A stretch of 62,108 nt of DNA from an uncultured Bacteroidota bacterium (GCA_937901015.1 CALCGQ010000335.1:1-62108), one strand, 5' to 3'; counted from the stretch's first letter, positions 1-10,071 are shown. Program-made: numbers and translations. The notes: generated from the sequence alone by a model not told the origin.

Positions 1-81
1 TATAAAGCCTGCAAATATTAATACGCTAAAAAGCAATATCCAGGCAATGGTTTTTAATAATTTCTTAATAAAGTGGATCAT
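1..81 (-). CDS. 5' end of an unidentified membrane protein (runs off the window)
   Basis: An ATG at 79-81 (minus) opens an uninterrupted 27-codon frame to the window edge: MIHFIKKLLKTIAWILLFSVLIFAGFI. This is a K-rich start followed by a hydrophobic helix. It is absent from the ORF track because there is no stop in the window. Confidence 0.3.
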   Translation of the reverse strand, partial: MIHFIKKLLKTIAWILLFSVLIFAGFI

Positions 82-133
82 GGGAAAATTTTTATGCCAA
101 ATTAAATAATTTTACACCACAAAAACCTGATTG

Positions 134-1384
134 ATGAAAAAAACAATCCTATTTCTAATATTATCGATTTTTGCATTCAGTGATGGTTACTCACAACAAA
201 ATAACCAAGGAAATGCTGACTCACTTATGCTCGAATGGCAACGAACACGTGACAGTATTGCCACCATAAAGCGTCAAGTTTTTTATAATCAACTGACCAC
301 TATACCAAAGGACACTTCTGGCAGAATTAATATGAAGGGTCTCAATTTATCAAAGTTTCCTGATTTAGCTAATTACAATCAGATATCATCCATTAACGCT
401 TCGGGAAATAAGCTTAAAAGGCTTCCCAAAAAAGTAATTGCTATTGATAGTTTAACCAATATTAACCTTAGCGATAACAACTTAAAGAGGGTACGATTTC
501 CATCAGGCTCAAGAATTGTTAATTTAGAATTATCCAACAATGAACTAAATCGAATCCCACGATCTTTGCGAAAGCTAAAGGATCTTAAATATCTAACCAT
601 CAATAATAATAAGATAAAGAGAATTCCAAGATTCATTGGGAAAATGGATAAACTGGAGTCCATTGAAATTAACTTCAACAAAGTAAAGTTTAACAGCAAG
701 GCAGCTTCAAGATTATCAGAAATCAAAATACTTGTGATTGCTGGCAATGGCATTGATGAGCTACCATCCAATATTGATGTTATGGTTAATGCTGTGAATC
801 TAAACTTTAGCAAAAATAATATTAGCACTTTGCCCCCCAGTTTTGCTTTATTGGATAGTCTTGAAACCATAATTTTCTATAAAAACTCATTTCAGCATAT
901 TCCTCTTGAAATAACTTACTTATCAAGATTAAAAATCATCGATTTCTACTACAATAAAATTGAAGAGATTCCAGTTGAGATTGGCAACTTGCGTAAGTTG
1001 AAGATGATATTTCTGGCATATAATAACATAGAAACTATTCCCGATACCATTCGGTCACTCAATAATCTGGTGGCTTTCTATATCCATGATAATAAACTAG
1101 CACGTATTCCTGAGTGGATAACAGAACTTGATAAACTGCAAATACTTGATATTAGTTATAATAACCTACTAACTATCCCTGAACTATCCAATATGTCGGA
1201 GCTATCCGAAATTGATATTCAGGAAAATAATATAGATCATTTCCCTTGGGAGCTCATTGAAAAAGAAAACCTCAAGCTACTAATAATAAAGGGAAATCCT
1301 TTTATTCTCGATAAAGAAGAAGAGCAACAACTAGTGATCACTCTTAAAGAGAAAAGAGCCGCTGGTGTTATTATTGTAGATTAA
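134..1384 (+). CDS. secreted leucine-rich-repeat (LRR) protein
   Basis: Signal peptide MKKTILFLILSIFAFSDGYS|Q is followed by about 14 tandem ~23-aa LxxLxLxxNxLxxIP repeats (e.g. LTNINLSDNNLKRV, LKYLTINNNKIKRIP). The track ORF starts at TTG 131; ATG 134 is preferred. Confidence 0.85.
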   Translation: MKKTILFLILSIFAFSDGYSQQNNQGNADSLMLEWQRTRDSIATIKRQVFYNQLTTIPKDTSGRINMKGLNLSKFPDLANYNQISSINASGNKLKRLPKKVIAIDSLTNINLSDNNLKRVRFPSGSRIVNLELSNNELNRIPRSLRKLKDLKYLTINNNKIKRIPRFIGKMDKLESIEINFNKVKFNSKAASRLSEIKILVIAGNGIDELPSNIDVMVNAVNLNFSKNNISTLPPSFALLDSLETIIFYKNSFQHIPLEITYLSRLKIIDFYYNKIEEIPVEIGNLRKLKMIFLAYNNIETIPDTIRSLNNLVAFYIHDNKLARIPEWITELDKLQILDISYNNLLTIPELSNMSELSEIDIQENNIDHFPWELIEKENLKLLIIKGNPFILDKEEEQQLVITLKEKRAAGVIIVD

Positions 1385-1980
1385 TGGATGATATCTGAAA
1401 TATTGATATCAAGTTCATCCTCAAAGCTAATCATTGCATTAATGAGTCTGACTTTTTTAAAAGATTCTATATGAGAAATATGAATATCTGCTGTTGTAAT
1501 TTTATTTTCAGATAATAGGCTAGCACGTTGTGTACCCATTAGTAATGGTCGGCTAGGTGTAAGCCATCTGCTACCATTATAAAATAGTAGGTTGGCATAT
1601 GATGAATCACTAACAAATTTATTCTTTATGATGATAATATCATCTGCACTTTGCCGAGTTTGAAACAATTCATCAATATCTTTTCTATTTAAAAACTTAT
1701 GGTTGTATTCAATTTCATTATCTTCCACAACCTTTAATCTACTGATAGATGGTTTGTTATATTCAATAAACTCAACGGAATCTATCTTAATATCATATAC
1801 TATTCTACACTTGAAAATGTTCTTTGAATCAGTTTGCTGAAAAGATTGAAGTAATGACTTAAGGTTAACAGGATCAACTAGTCCAAAGATTGATTTCCTT
1901 GCAATTCTCATCCTTTCCTCATGAAATTCAAGATTATAAAATTGTCCGTTTTGATATTTTATTGTTTCAAGTAATTTCAT
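1381..1980 (-). CDS. pabC: aminodeoxychorismate lyase-like protein (class IV aminotransferase fold)
   Basis: 199 aa. The opening MKLLETIKYQNGQFYNLEFHEERM is typical of class-IV-fold ADC lyases. It lies directly downstream of pabB on the same strand (35-nt gap). It is shorter than E. coli PabC, so the symbol is tentative. Confidence 0.65.
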   Translation of the reverse strand: MKLLETIKYQNGQFYNLEFHEERMRIARKSIFGLVDPVNLKSLLQSFQQTDSKNIFKCRIVYDIKIDSVEFIEYNKPSISRLKVVEDNEIEYNHKFLNRKDIDELFQTRQSADDIIIIKNKFVSDSSYANLLFYNGSRWLTPSRPLLMGTQRASLLSENKITTADIHISHIESFKKVRLINAMISFEDELDINISDIIH

Positions 1981-2015
1981 TATAGAATTGGAACTTCTAA
2001 TTTAATATGAGTGAT

Positions 2016-2987
2016 CTAAATAGGAATATAAATCTTATCAATCAATTCCTGATATTCTTCATCCAGAATACTTTTTGAGGTAATCCCTCCTCCACTTTTA
2101 TATGTCAGTCCATCAACAGACTGCTCAATATATCTTATCATTACCCCACTGTCAATATTCTCTCCATCGAAGATACCACAAACTCCGGTATAATATCCGC
2201 GATCATATTTCTCAGCATCCTTAATAATTTCTATTGTTTTCCTTTTAGGAGCTCCAGATATTGAGCCAGCTGGCAACATTGCGGTTATAATGTCTCCAAT
2301 ATTATCTTGATAATTATCAGGCAGATCTCCAACAACCTCAGAACTCATTTGATTTAAACTTCCTCTGTGAGTTATTACTTCATCAATATATCTGAAACGC
2401 TCTACCTTAACATTCTTAGCAACAATACTCAAGTCATTTCTAAGAAGATCAACAATTGTATAATGCTCAGCCAATTCTTTTTCGCTTTCTAGTAATATTT
2501 TTTTTGCATTTGGAATGGAAGCGTCAATGGTTCCCTTCATGGGAAAAGAACTAATCTTATTTCCAACTGTTTGAATAAATATTTCTGGCGAAAAAACCAC
2601 AAACTTATCTCGCAGCCATAACCTATATTTTGCTTTTGTTGAATGAAATATATCTTTCAATCTTAAGGTTGTGCTTAATATGCTAGGCATTGTAAGATTC
2701 AATAAAAAGGAATCACCATGATGAAGATGCTTCTGAACAAGATTGAATGCCTTGGTATATCTTTCTTTCTTAACAGGAAATGCTTTAAAATCGAATGATT
2801 CTTTAAGAGTCTGAAATTCACTCTTATTATTTGTAACACCGTTTATATCATATAATAATGTATCTGAATTCACCTCATCCAATGGAATAACTATTGGGTT
2901 CTTCATTTCAAAATCAATAATGAACAGAAACGGTATTCTTTTGTTACCTAGTTCATTCATTGCAATATTTAACCCAACTGTTTCCAT
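2016..2987 (-). CDS. pabB: aminodeoxychorismate synthase component I (short chorismate-binding enzyme)
   Basis: Chorismate-utilising motifs PAGSISGAPK, RGYYTGVCGIFDG and GGGITSKS are present. I place the start at METVGL (ATG 2985-2987). The longer track ORF (to 3044) would overlap both divergent -7 boxes. Confidence 0.8.
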   Translation of the reverse strand: METVGLNIAMNELGNKRIPFLFIIDFEMKNPIVIPLDEVNSDTLLYDINGVTNNKSEFQTLKESFDFKAFPVKKERYTKAFNLVQKHLHHGDSFLLNLTMPSILSTTLRLKDIFHSTKAKYRLWLRDKFVVFSPEIFIQTVGNKISSFPMKGTIDASIPNAKKILLESEKELAEHYTIVDLLRNDLSIVAKNVKVERFRYIDEVITHRGSLNQMSSEVVGDLPDNYQDNIGDIITAMLPAGSISGAPKRKTIEIIKDAEKYDRGYYTGVCGIFDGENIDSGVMIRYIEQSVDGLTYKSGGGITSKSILDEEYQELIDKIYIPI

Positions 2988-3001
2988 CAATCTATTTTGA
3001 T

Positions 3002-3009
3002 CAAAAATA
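3002..3009 (-). promoter_or_regulatory. candidate Bacteroidota -7 box (TAnnTTTG) for pabB-pabC
   Basis: Plus-strand CAAAAATA equals sense TATTTTTG. It lies 15 nt upstream of ATG 2987. Confidence 0.4.
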
Positions 3010-3033
3010 CAGTTTTGAAAGATACTAAAACAG

Positions 3034-3041
3034 TACATTTG
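3034..3041 (+). promoter_or_regulatory. candidate -7 box for pabA
   Basis: TACATTTG lies 15 nt upstream of GTG 3056, back-to-back with the pabB box in a 68-bp divergent spacer. Confidence 0.4.
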
Positions 3042-3055
3042 CACAAATTGTAGGT

Positions 3056-3622
3056 GTGAAACTATTGATAATTGATAATTACGACTCGTTTACTTTCAAT
3101 CTCGTTCAACTTGTTGAACAAGCTGGCGTAAGTGATTATTCTTTGGTGAAAAATGATGAGTTGGATTCAATTAAATCAGATAGTTTTGATAAGATTCTAA
3201 TTTCTCCCGGGCCAGGAGTTGCAAGTGAAGCCGGTCAACTCATGTGGTTTATTAAGAAGTTCCATACGCACAAACCCATACTTGGCATTTGCTTAGGTAA
3301 TGAGGCTATTGGTGAACTATTTGGTGCTGAATTATCACAGTTAGATCAGCCCATGCATGGAATCAAAAACAAAGCAACAATAATTATACGGGATCCTATT
3401 TTTGAAGGAATACCTAATACTTTTAATATTGGCCATTATCATTCATGGAACTTAAATGAAGATTCTATCCCACCAGAGCTGGATGTAATTGTGAGGGATG
3501 AAAACAATTTGAATATGGCAATCAAACATCAGGAACTGCCAATTATTGGATTACAGTTTCACCCTGAGTCGATAATGACAGACTTTGGATTAGTGATGAT
3601 TAGAAATTGGATAAATCTCTGA
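3056..3622 (+). CDS. pabA: aminodeoxychorismate/anthranilate synthase component II (class I glutamine amidotransferase)
   Basis: The GTG start gives MKLLIIDNYDSFTFNLVQ. The nucleophile elbow is GICLG and the catalytic region is LQFHPES. It is divergent from pabB-pabC. Confidence 0.85.
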   Translation: MKLLIIDNYDSFTFNLVQLVEQAGVSDYSLVKNDELDSIKSDSFDKILISPGPGVASEAGQLMWFIKKFHTHKPILGICLGNEAIGELFGAELSQLDQPMHGIKNKATIIIRDPIFEGIPNTFNIGHYHSWNLNEDSIPPELDVIVRDENNLNMAIKHQELPIIGLQFHPESIMTDFGLVMIRNWINL

Positions 3623-3865
3623 TTCTATTTAGGATCAATCTATAATTCCAGGAATTTAATAGACTAAAACAAAATATGGGTTAAGAAAAAAATACCATTG
3701 AAATAAGATAGTAGCATGTTGTTTAGGGCATAAGTATTTTTATTCTTCCACCTTTTTCCTTGATGAAAAAGATGTCCCTCTTATTTAGTTTTGTGTTCCG
3801 AATACAAAACCTATACAGATATAGTGATGCATTATTTAAATCCCCATAATTATTCTACTTAATCC

Positions 3866-4402
3866 CTATTTTACCCGGGATAGTAATAAAGAACCGATTA
3901 CAAAGTAGATCCCATAGCACATAAATGTAAGTGTTAGCAACCACGATAACATTGCGGCACCAATGGCTGGATTATAGCTAATCCACAGTCCACTTAATGT
4001 AATCAGAATACCCAGAAGCATATCAAACCATCCACGTGGCAGATTACTATTTCGCTCTCTTATTCCATTAAAAAATGTAGATACTCCGATAAAGATCATG
4101 TAAAACCAAAATATAAATGGAAGTATTTGTGCTGTTAGTGATGGATGTGTTAAAAATATGGTTCCAAATACAATGTTTATGATTCCATTAAAAAGTCGCC
4201 ATTGCCAGTTATGGTGAATACCTAATGCAGACAGACTGAATCCAACCTGAAACACCCCTGATATTAAACTTGCCCACCCAATGAAGAAAGCCAGACCAAC
4301 AATAGATTCAACAGGATGCAGCATTATTTTTATTGAGAGTACAAGAAATATGATTCCAGTTAAGAGTAGTAACCACCAATTTGTTTTAGTTCTAGCTGTC
4401 AT
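3866..4402 (-). CDS. HdeD/DUF308-like multi-pass membrane protein
   Basis: 178 aa with about six hydrophobic helices. Repeated G-rich helix pairs resemble HdeD-family proteins. The family call is from memory only. Confidence 0.6.
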   Translation of the reverse strand: MTARTKTNWWLLLLTGIIFLVLSIKIMLHPVESIVGLAFFIGWASLISGVFQVGFSLSALGIHHNWQWRLFNGIINIVFGTIFLTHPSLTAQILPFIFWFYMIFIGVSTFFNGIRERNSNLPRGWFDMLLGILITLSGLWISYNPAIGAAMLSWLLTLTFMCYGIYFVIGSLLLSRVK

Positions 4403-4511
4403 ATCCTAAGAATTTTAGTTAAATAATATTTAAAACCATTGTAAAAATAGTGAAGGAATAATAATATTGATACAATTGCTATTACTCCGTCACGTTAAAT
4501 CCACACAGCTT

Positions 4512-4895
4512 CTACATCATGGCAATTGCCTCAATTTCAACCATAACGCTTAGAGGTAATTCTTTAACTGCAAAAGCTGCTCTTGCCGGAGGATCCGAAG
4601 GAAAATAATCACCATAAACAGCATTCATATCAGCGAACAACGACATATCCTGAAGATAGATTGTGCATTTCAATATTTTAGATAAATCATCACCATATCC
4701 TGCAGCGGTAATAATTGCTTGGATATTTTTCATTACCATTTCCGTTTGTTGAGCTACTCCACCCGGTACAATTTTTCCTAATGCAGGATCAACAGGAATC
4801 TGTCCTGAGATAAAAAGCATTCCATTTTGCTCAACTGCCTGACTATATGGACCTATTGGAGCAGGAGCATTTTCTGTGAAGATTATTTTTTTCAT
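4512..4895 (-). CDS. ridA: RidA/YjgF-family reactive-intermediate deaminase
   Basis: MKKIIFTENAPAPIGPYSQAV...PARAAFAVKELPLSVMVEIEAIA is the canonical RidA signature. I prefer the internal ATG at 4895 to the track start at 4922. Confidence 0.85.
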   Translation of the reverse strand: MKKIIFTENAPAPIGPYSQAVEQNGMLFISGQIPVDPALGKIVPGGVAQQTEMVMKNIQAIITAAGYGDDLSKILKCTIYLQDMSLFADMNAVYGDYFPSDPPARAAFAVKELPLSVMVEIEAIAMM

Positions 4896-5018
4896 ATTTT
4901 TCTTATTAAAGTTTATGTTCAAATGGATTTATCAGGTATTAAGAATATTTCCTCAAATTTACTAAAATCATCTTGTTCAATAACCTTATCTTTACTTCGA
5001 AATAAAAAAACATAAGCA

Positions 5019-6185
5019 ATGTACAATCCTCCCGATTATTATCTTGTTGATGAGCTTCTAACCGATGAACATAAAATTATTAGAGAAGCAATACGTGAAT
5101 GGGTAAACCGTTCAGTAATGCCCATAATTGATGATGCAGCACAAAATCATACCTTTCCCCAGCATCTAATAAAAGAAATGGGTGAAATTGGTGCTTTCGG
5201 CCCATATATACCTGAGAAATATGGTGGTGCAGGTTTGGATCAGGTTGCTTACGGTGTAATCATGACCGAACTTGAGCGAGGCGATAGTGCAATAAGGTCA
5301 GCCGCTTCGGTACAAACCTCCTTGGTTATGTATCCCATTTATGAATTTGGAAATGAAGAACAGCGCATGAAATATCTACCTAGCTTGGCTAGTGGTGATC
5401 TCATTGGATGCTTTGGTCTTACAGAACCAAATCACGGATCGGATCCCGGAGGAATGCTTACAAGGTTTGAAGAAAAGGAAGACCATTATCTGCTAAACGG
5501 AAGTAAGATGTGGATTACAAATTCACCTGTGGCTGACATCGGCGTTGTTTGGGCAAAGGATGAAGAAGGTATTGTGAGAGGTTTGATTGTGGAAAAAGGA
5601 ATGGAAGGATTAACAGCTCCTGAAACTCTGAATAAATGGTCGTTGAGAGCTTCTTTAACCGGTGAGCTAGTTTTTGATAATGTTAAGGTTCCCAAGGAAA
5701 ATCTATTGCCCAATGTTAAGGGTCTAAAAGGTCCACTAAAATGTTTAAATTCTGCTCGCTACGGTATTGCCTGGGGAGCAATTGGTGCTGCTATGGATTG
5801 CTATGATACTGCACTTAGATATTCATTGGAAAGAAAACAATTCAACAAACCAATTGCATCATTTCAGCTTCAGCAAAAAAAGCTTGCTGAAATCCTTACG
5901 GAGATCACAAAAGCACAACTACTGGCTTGGCGTGTGGGAACTTTGCGCAATGATAATAGAGCAACACCTGCTCAAATATCTATGGCTAAACGTAATAATG
6001 TGGATATGGCTTTAAAAATTGCTCGTGAAAGCCGTCAGATGCTTGGTGCAATGGGAATTACAGGAGACTTCCCAATGATGCGCCATATGATGAACTTGGA
6101 ATCGGTAATTACCTATGAAGGAACACACGATATTCACTTGTTAATAACTGGATTTGATGTAACAGGGATATCTGCTTTTGAGTAA
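5019..6185 (+). CDS. gcdH: glutaryl-CoA dehydrogenase-type acyl-CoA dehydrogenase
   Basis: 388 aa. GCFGLTEPNHGSDPGGM, GSKMWITNSPVADIGVVWAK, GLKGPLKCLNSARYGIAWGA and a C-terminal YEGTHDIH closely track GCDH-type ACADs. Confidence 0.85.
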   Translation: MYNPPDYYLVDELLTDEHKIIREAIREWVNRSVMPIIDDAAQNHTFPQHLIKEMGEIGAFGPYIPEKYGGAGLDQVAYGVIMTELERGDSAIRSAASVQTSLVMYPIYEFGNEEQRMKYLPSLASGDLIGCFGLTEPNHGSDPGGMLTRFEEKEDHYLLNGSKMWITNSPVADIGVVWAKDEEGIVRGLIVEKGMEGLTAPETLNKWSLRASLTGELVFDNVKVPKENLLPNVKGLKGPLKCLNSARYGIAWGAIGAAMDCYDTALRYSLERKQFNKPIASFQLQQKKLAEILTEITKAQLLAWRVGTLRNDNRATPAQISMAKRNNVDMALKIARESRQMLGAMGITGDFPMMRHMMNLESVITYEGTHDIHLLITGFDVTGISAFE

Positions 6186-6196
6186 TCCCATGTTTG

Positions 6197-7660
6197 TTAT
6201 TGACTCCACTCAGCACCATCCTTGGTATCCTTGATTTTGATATTAAGTTTACCCAACTCATCGCGTATCTTATCAGCAGTAGACCAGTCTTTATTTAGTT
6301 TTGCATCCTTGCGTAGATTTAAAATCGTATCCATTAACTGACCAACAAGTTGATCATCTCCTTTTTCTTCTTCGTTAACAAGACCTAATACATCAAATAC
6401 AAATACATCATATAGGTTCTTTACAAACTCAAGATCAATGTCTGACAGGGTTTCTTTTCCATCATTAACCTGATTTACCAATTTTGATAAATCGAATAGA
6501 TGTGAAATGGCAATTGGAGTATTAAAATCATCATCCATGGCTTCATAAAACTTTTTCTCAAAGTGTTCAACCTCAATAGATGATTTTTCAGATGGTACTA
6601 TCTTATCTAACAGTTCAATGGTGTTAAATAATTTCTTCATACCTTTTTCAGCTGCATGAAGCGCTTCATTGGAGAAATCAACAGTACTTCGATAATGCGC
6701 TTGTAGAATAAAAAATCTGATTGTCATCGGACTATAGGGTTTCTCCAGCAATTCCTGATCACCACTAAAGAACTCATCCAGAGTGATAAAGTTATTTAGT
6801 GATTTTCCCATTTTCTGACCATCGATGGTGATCATATTATTATGCATCCAATATTTTACAGGATCATGACCTCTGCATGCATTTGATTGTGCAATCTCAG
6901 ATTCATGATGTGGGAATAACAAGTCCATTCCACCGCCATGAATATCAAAAGTTTCACCCAAATATTTCGCTCCCATTGCTGAACATTCTAGATGCCAACC
7001 AGGATATCCCTCACTCCAAGGAGATGGCCAATGCATAAGATGTCGTGGATCGGTTTTTTTCCACAAAGCAAAATCAAAACTATTTTTCTTTTCAGCTTGT
7101 CCGGCCAACACTCTTGTATTCTCTAATAAATCTTCGAGCTTTCTTCCTGATAGTTTGCCGTAATCGTAATCCTTGCTATACTTCTCAACATCAAAGTATA
7201 CAGAACCCTCTGATTCATATGCATAACCATTATCAAGGATGGTCTTAATAAGCTCAATTTGTTCAATTATATGGCCTGATGCAGTTGGCTCAATACTAGG
7301 ATGAAGCACATTTAACTGATCCATATTTCTGTGGTAGCGATCAGTATAATATTTCACGATCTCCATTGGCTCAAGTGATTCCAGAATGGCTTTCTTTGCT
7401 ATCTTATCTTCACCTTCATCGGCGTCATTTTCCAAATGACCAACATCAGTAATATTTCGAACATAACGAACTTTTAAATCAAGGTGTTTTAAATATCTAA
7501 ACACAATATCAAAAGTAATGGCAGGACGAGCATGACCCAAATGGGCATCACCATAAACAGTAGGTCCACAAACATACATACCAACATGCGGAGCATTAAT
7601 AGGTTCGAACTTTTCCTTGGTACGTGTTAGCGTATTGTATATGTGAAGATTATTGTTCAT
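6197..7660 (-). CDS. cysS: cysteine--tRNA ligase
   Basis: HIGH motif (AHLGHA), KMSKS variant (KMGKS) and the Zn/Cys-binding region WHLECSAM are present. 487 aa. Confidence 0.95.
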   Translation of the reverse strand: MNNNLHIYNTLTRTKEKFEPINAPHVGMYVCGPTVYGDAHLGHARPAITFDIVFRYLKHLDLKVRYVRNITDVGHLENDADEGEDKIAKKAILESLEPMEIVKYYTDRYHRNMDQLNVLHPSIEPTASGHIIEQIELIKTILDNGYAYESEGSVYFDVEKYSKDYDYGKLSGRKLEDLLENTRVLAGQAEKKNSFDFALWKKTDPRHLMHWPSPWSEGYPGWHLECSAMGAKYLGETFDIHGGGMDLLFPHHESEIAQSNACRGHDPVKYWMHNNMITIDGQKMGKSLNNFITLDEFFSGDQELLEKPYSPMTIRFFILQAHYRSTVDFSNEALHAAEKGMKKLFNTIELLDKIVPSEKSSIEVEHFEKKFYEAMDDDFNTPIAISHLFDLSKLVNQVNDGKETLSDIDLEFVKNLYDVFVFDVLGLVNEEEKGDDQLVGQLMDTILNLRKDAKLNKDWSTADKIRDELGKLNIKIKDTKDGAEWSQ

Positions 7661-7679
7661 TGGTATATTTTTGGAAATG

Positions 7680-7687
7680 CAAAATTA
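7680..7687 (-). promoter_or_regulatory. candidate -7 box for cysS
   Basis: Plus-strand CAAAATTA equals sense TAATTTTG. It lies 20 nt upstream of the ATG at 7660. Confidence 0.4.
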
Positions 7688-7745
7688 TGGAAAAATAGTT
7701 TACTTGTATTAACGAATATATTTTGTTCTCTATCTGAAGTATGTT

Positions 7746-7768
7746 GATTCGGGGTTAAACCCCGAATC
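7746..7768 (-). terminator. GC-rich hairpin downstream of the GNAT-like gene
   Basis: GATTCGGGGTT-A-AACCCCGAATC is a perfect 11-bp stem, 28 nt after the stop at 7796. No clear U-tract follows. Confidence 0.45.
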
Positions 7769-7795
7769 ATCAATTGCAACAAAATACTAGTGTAT

Positions 7796-8908
7796 CTAAA
7801 ATTCTTTAACAAAACATCGGCGACGCTTGTGCTGAATATGATCATAGTTTTTCCAGGTTGTAGCACCTTTAAGATTGGTTTCAAACATACCTGTGGTTTC
7901 AACATACTTTGCGCCATTTTCAATCATCGATCCTTGTAATTCGCTTATAAGTATTGCAGGCAACCCCAATTTCTGGTAATGAGGGTCAACGCCAGTAAGT
8001 AATAAATCCATTACTTCTGGATTTTTAAAAGCTTTCATTATATGCATAAACCCAAATGGGAATAGTTTACCCTTTGCTTTTTGCATGGCCTTCGACAAGC
8101 TAGGTAAGCCAACAATAAAGGCAATCATTTTACCATCTTTTTTAATCACTGTAATGTATTTTGGCTGTAGAACATCCATATACTTTTTAGTGGCGCTTTC
8201 AATTAATTTGTCGGAAAATGGCGTTACATAAGGAAGCTCTTCAAAAGCTCGATTCAGTAAATGAAATACATCCTTAAGGTAGAATTTCATATCGCTTTTT
8301 TCCTTGAAATGCACAACTTCCAGATTATTACGCTTTTTGATAATTTCAACAAGACGAGTAGCTTTTTCCGGAACTTCTCCGATTTTTAATCTGAATTCAA
8401 CCCAATCATTCTCCTTTTCAAAACCCTGGTCTTCTACAAGTTTTTGCATATATGGCCAATGCATAACCGATGCGATTGATGGTAAATACTCAAACCCTTC
8501 AATTAGTAATCCCTGATTATCCAGATTGTTAAATCCCAGAGGTCCATGGATTCCAATCATCCCTTTTTCCTTCATCCAATCCTCTGCAGTATCAAACAAA
8601 AGTTTTGTTACATCAGAGTCATCAATAACCTCAAATCTGGTAAATCTGCCATACTTTTTTCCAGATTTATTATTGTATTCTTCATTAATAATGGCACCAA
8701 TACGACCAACACACAAACCATCTTTCCAAGCAGTCCAGAATTTTGCATCACATGTCTCAAAAGCGAGATTAGTTTCAGGACTAAGCTGCTTAATCTCATC
8801 TTTTTTCATTGGGGGCACCCAATACTCATTTCCTTTGTAAAGATCGAATTGAAAATTCACAAAGTCTTTTCTATCATTTGCCGTTACAACTTCTTTTATT
8901 TCAACCAT
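7796..8908 (-). CDS. GNAT-family N-acetyltransferase-like protein
   Basis: Starts at MVEIKEVVTANDRKDFVNF (ATG 8906-8908). A motif-A-like stretch YQKLGLPAILISEL is present. The track's 74-codon N-terminal extension (to 9130) runs across the divergent promoter and the neighbouring start, so I rejected it. Confidence 0.7.
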   Translation of the reverse strand: MVEIKEVVTANDRKDFVNFQFDLYKGNEYWVPPMKKDEIKQLSPETNLAFETCDAKFWTAWKDGLCVGRIGAIINEEYNNKSGKKYGRFTRFEVIDDSDVTKLLFDTAEDWMKEKGMIGIHGPLGFNNLDNQGLLIEGFEYLPSIASVMHWPYMQKLVEDQGFEKENDWVEFRLKIGEVPEKATRLVEIIKKRNNLEVVHFKEKSDMKFYLKDVFHLLNRAFEELPYVTPFSDKLIESATKKYMDVLQPKYITVIKKDGKMIAFIVGLPSLSKAMQKAKGKLFPFGFMHIMKAFKNPEVMDLLLTGVDPHYQKLGLPAILISELQGSMIENGAKYVETTGMFETNLKGATTWKNYDHIQHKRRRCFVKEF

Positions 8909-8997
8909 ATAGCCAATCGTATTCCATTTCTTTGCAAATATACTACAACAACATAAAGAAATCAGAAATTTATTAGATTTTGAATACAATAGTTTAA

Positions 8998-9005
8998 TAA
9001 ATTTG
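8998..9005 (+). promoter_or_regulatory. candidate -7 box for the TDH-like gene
   Basis: TAAATTTG lies 27 nt upstream of ATG 9033. Confidence 0.4.
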
Positions 9006-9032
9006 CTGAAGTTTTTACAAAAAATCAAGTTA

Positions 9033-9983
9033 ATGGAAAGGATATTAGTAATTGGGTGTTCAGGACAAATAGGCTCTGAGCTTGTGCTTGCACTTAGAAA
9101 AAAATATGGCAGCAACAATGTTTTTGCCACTGATATTAAAAATCCAACCGATGAAATTCGTGAAGGCGGACCCTTTCAGAATTTGGATGTACTGGACTAC
9201 AACAATCTATTGCATTATGTTGTACGTCATAATATTACTCAAGTCTATAATTTAGCTGCAGTACTTTCAGGTAATGCAGAGAAAATTCCATTGCAAGCAT
9301 GGGATATAAACATGAAGGCATTGATGAATACCCTTCAAGTTGCCCAGGAATCTCAAGCTAAGAAACTATTTTGGCCAAGTTCCATTGCAGTATTCGGACC
9401 AACTACTCCTCGACATAACACTCCTCAATTAACAGTTATGGAACCTAATACAGTTTATGGTATTTCCAAACTTGCTGGAGAAAGATGGGGTGAGTATTTC
9501 TATTCTAAATATGGTGTGGACTTTAGAAGTGTAAGATACCCTGGGTTGATTAGTTATAAAACCGAACCTGGCGGTGGAACAACAGATTATGCTGTTGAGA
9601 TATTCTTTGAAGCCATCAAAAAGAATAGATACGAATGTTTTCTTTCTGAAGACACAGCTCTTCCAATGATGTTTATGGATGATGCCATCAAGAACACAAT
9701 CAAACTTATGGAAGCTGATGGCGATAGTTTGAGTTTACGTTCAAGTTATAATATGGCAGGTATTTCATTTACACCAAAAGAAATTGCTTCTGAAATTAGA
9801 AAACATAAACCTGACTTTGAGATTACATATAAACCAGACTTCCGTCAGGCAATTGCAGACAGCTGGCCAGCAAGTATTGATGATAGTGTGGCACGCAAAG
9901 ACTGGGGATTACATGATGAGTTTGGTATTGGAAAAATGTCGGCTCACATGCTCAAAAAAATTGAGGAAAAAATAGCTGGATAA
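9033..9983 (+). CDS. NAD-dependent epimerase/dehydratase family protein, L-threonine 3-dehydrogenase-like
   Basis: MERILVIGCSGQIGSEL is a Rossmann GxxGxxG. The YxxxK region is YGISKLAGE. The architecture matches short-chain-type TDH. The start at 9033 is supported by a -7 box at 8998-9005. Confidence 0.8.
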   Translation: MERILVIGCSGQIGSELVLALRKKYGSNNVFATDIKNPTDEIREGGPFQNLDVLDYNNLLHYVVRHNITQVYNLAAVLSGNAEKIPLQAWDINMKALMNTLQVAQESQAKKLFWPSSIAVFGPTTPRHNTPQLTVMEPNTVYGISKLAGERWGEYFYSKYGVDFRSVRYPGLISYKTEPGGGTTDYAVEIFFEAIKKNRYECFLSEDTALPMMFMDDAIKNTIKLMEADGDSLSLRSSYNMAGISFTPKEIASEIRKHKPDFEITYKPDFRQAIADSWPASIDDSVARKDWGLHDEFGIGKMSAHMLKKIEEKIAG

Positions 9984-10071
9984 TCTGCTTGGTTTTTCTA
10001 TTCTTAATAGTTGTAGGTAAAATTCACTAAATAGTGCTGTTTGGGCCTTGATTTAACTATTTTTAATACCT

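Noticed and set aside
379-870. 163-aa minus-strand ORF inside the LRR gene. Similar antisense ORFs occur at 8526-8956, 15308-15637, 17545-17859, 19867-20262, 34104-34475, 46784-47122, 50264-50668, 57187-57456 and 58498-58767.
   Set aside because: All lie wholly inside, and antisense to, long ORFs with clear family motifs. They have low-complexity, Leu/Ser/Ile-rich translations typical of shadow frames in AT-rich DNA, and no start context or -7 box.
3788-3810. A 7-bp-stem hairpin (GTTTTGT…ACAAAAC) in the convergent pabA/HdeD spacer as a bidirectional terminator. A similar AT-only hairpin lies at 47999-48015 after nhaA.
   Set aside because: The stems are AT-rich and short, with no U-tract on either strand. 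This is too weak to call without folding energies or 3'-end data.
3623-3865. Small RNA, tRNA or riboswitch in the larger non-coding gaps (3623-3865, 23351-23464, 28246-28463, 34854-35052, 53211-53431).
   Set aside because: No cloverleaf-compatible arms, conserved riboswitch cores or extended GC-rich structures are visible. The gaps are AT-rich and are explained by promoters, terminators and the micro-ORF.
8909-9130. N-terminal extensions of track ORFs: 7796-9130, and also 26743-28329, 2016-3044, 9003-9983, 53384-53656, 40698-43103, 21979-22644, 4512-4922 and 45032-45424.
   Set aside because: The extensions lack signal-peptide or family features. They run over divergent promoters, -7 boxes or neighbouring genes. 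The internal ATGs give canonical N-termini (e.g. MVEIKE…, MKKLIFTFF…, MERILVIGCSG…, MGLL…).
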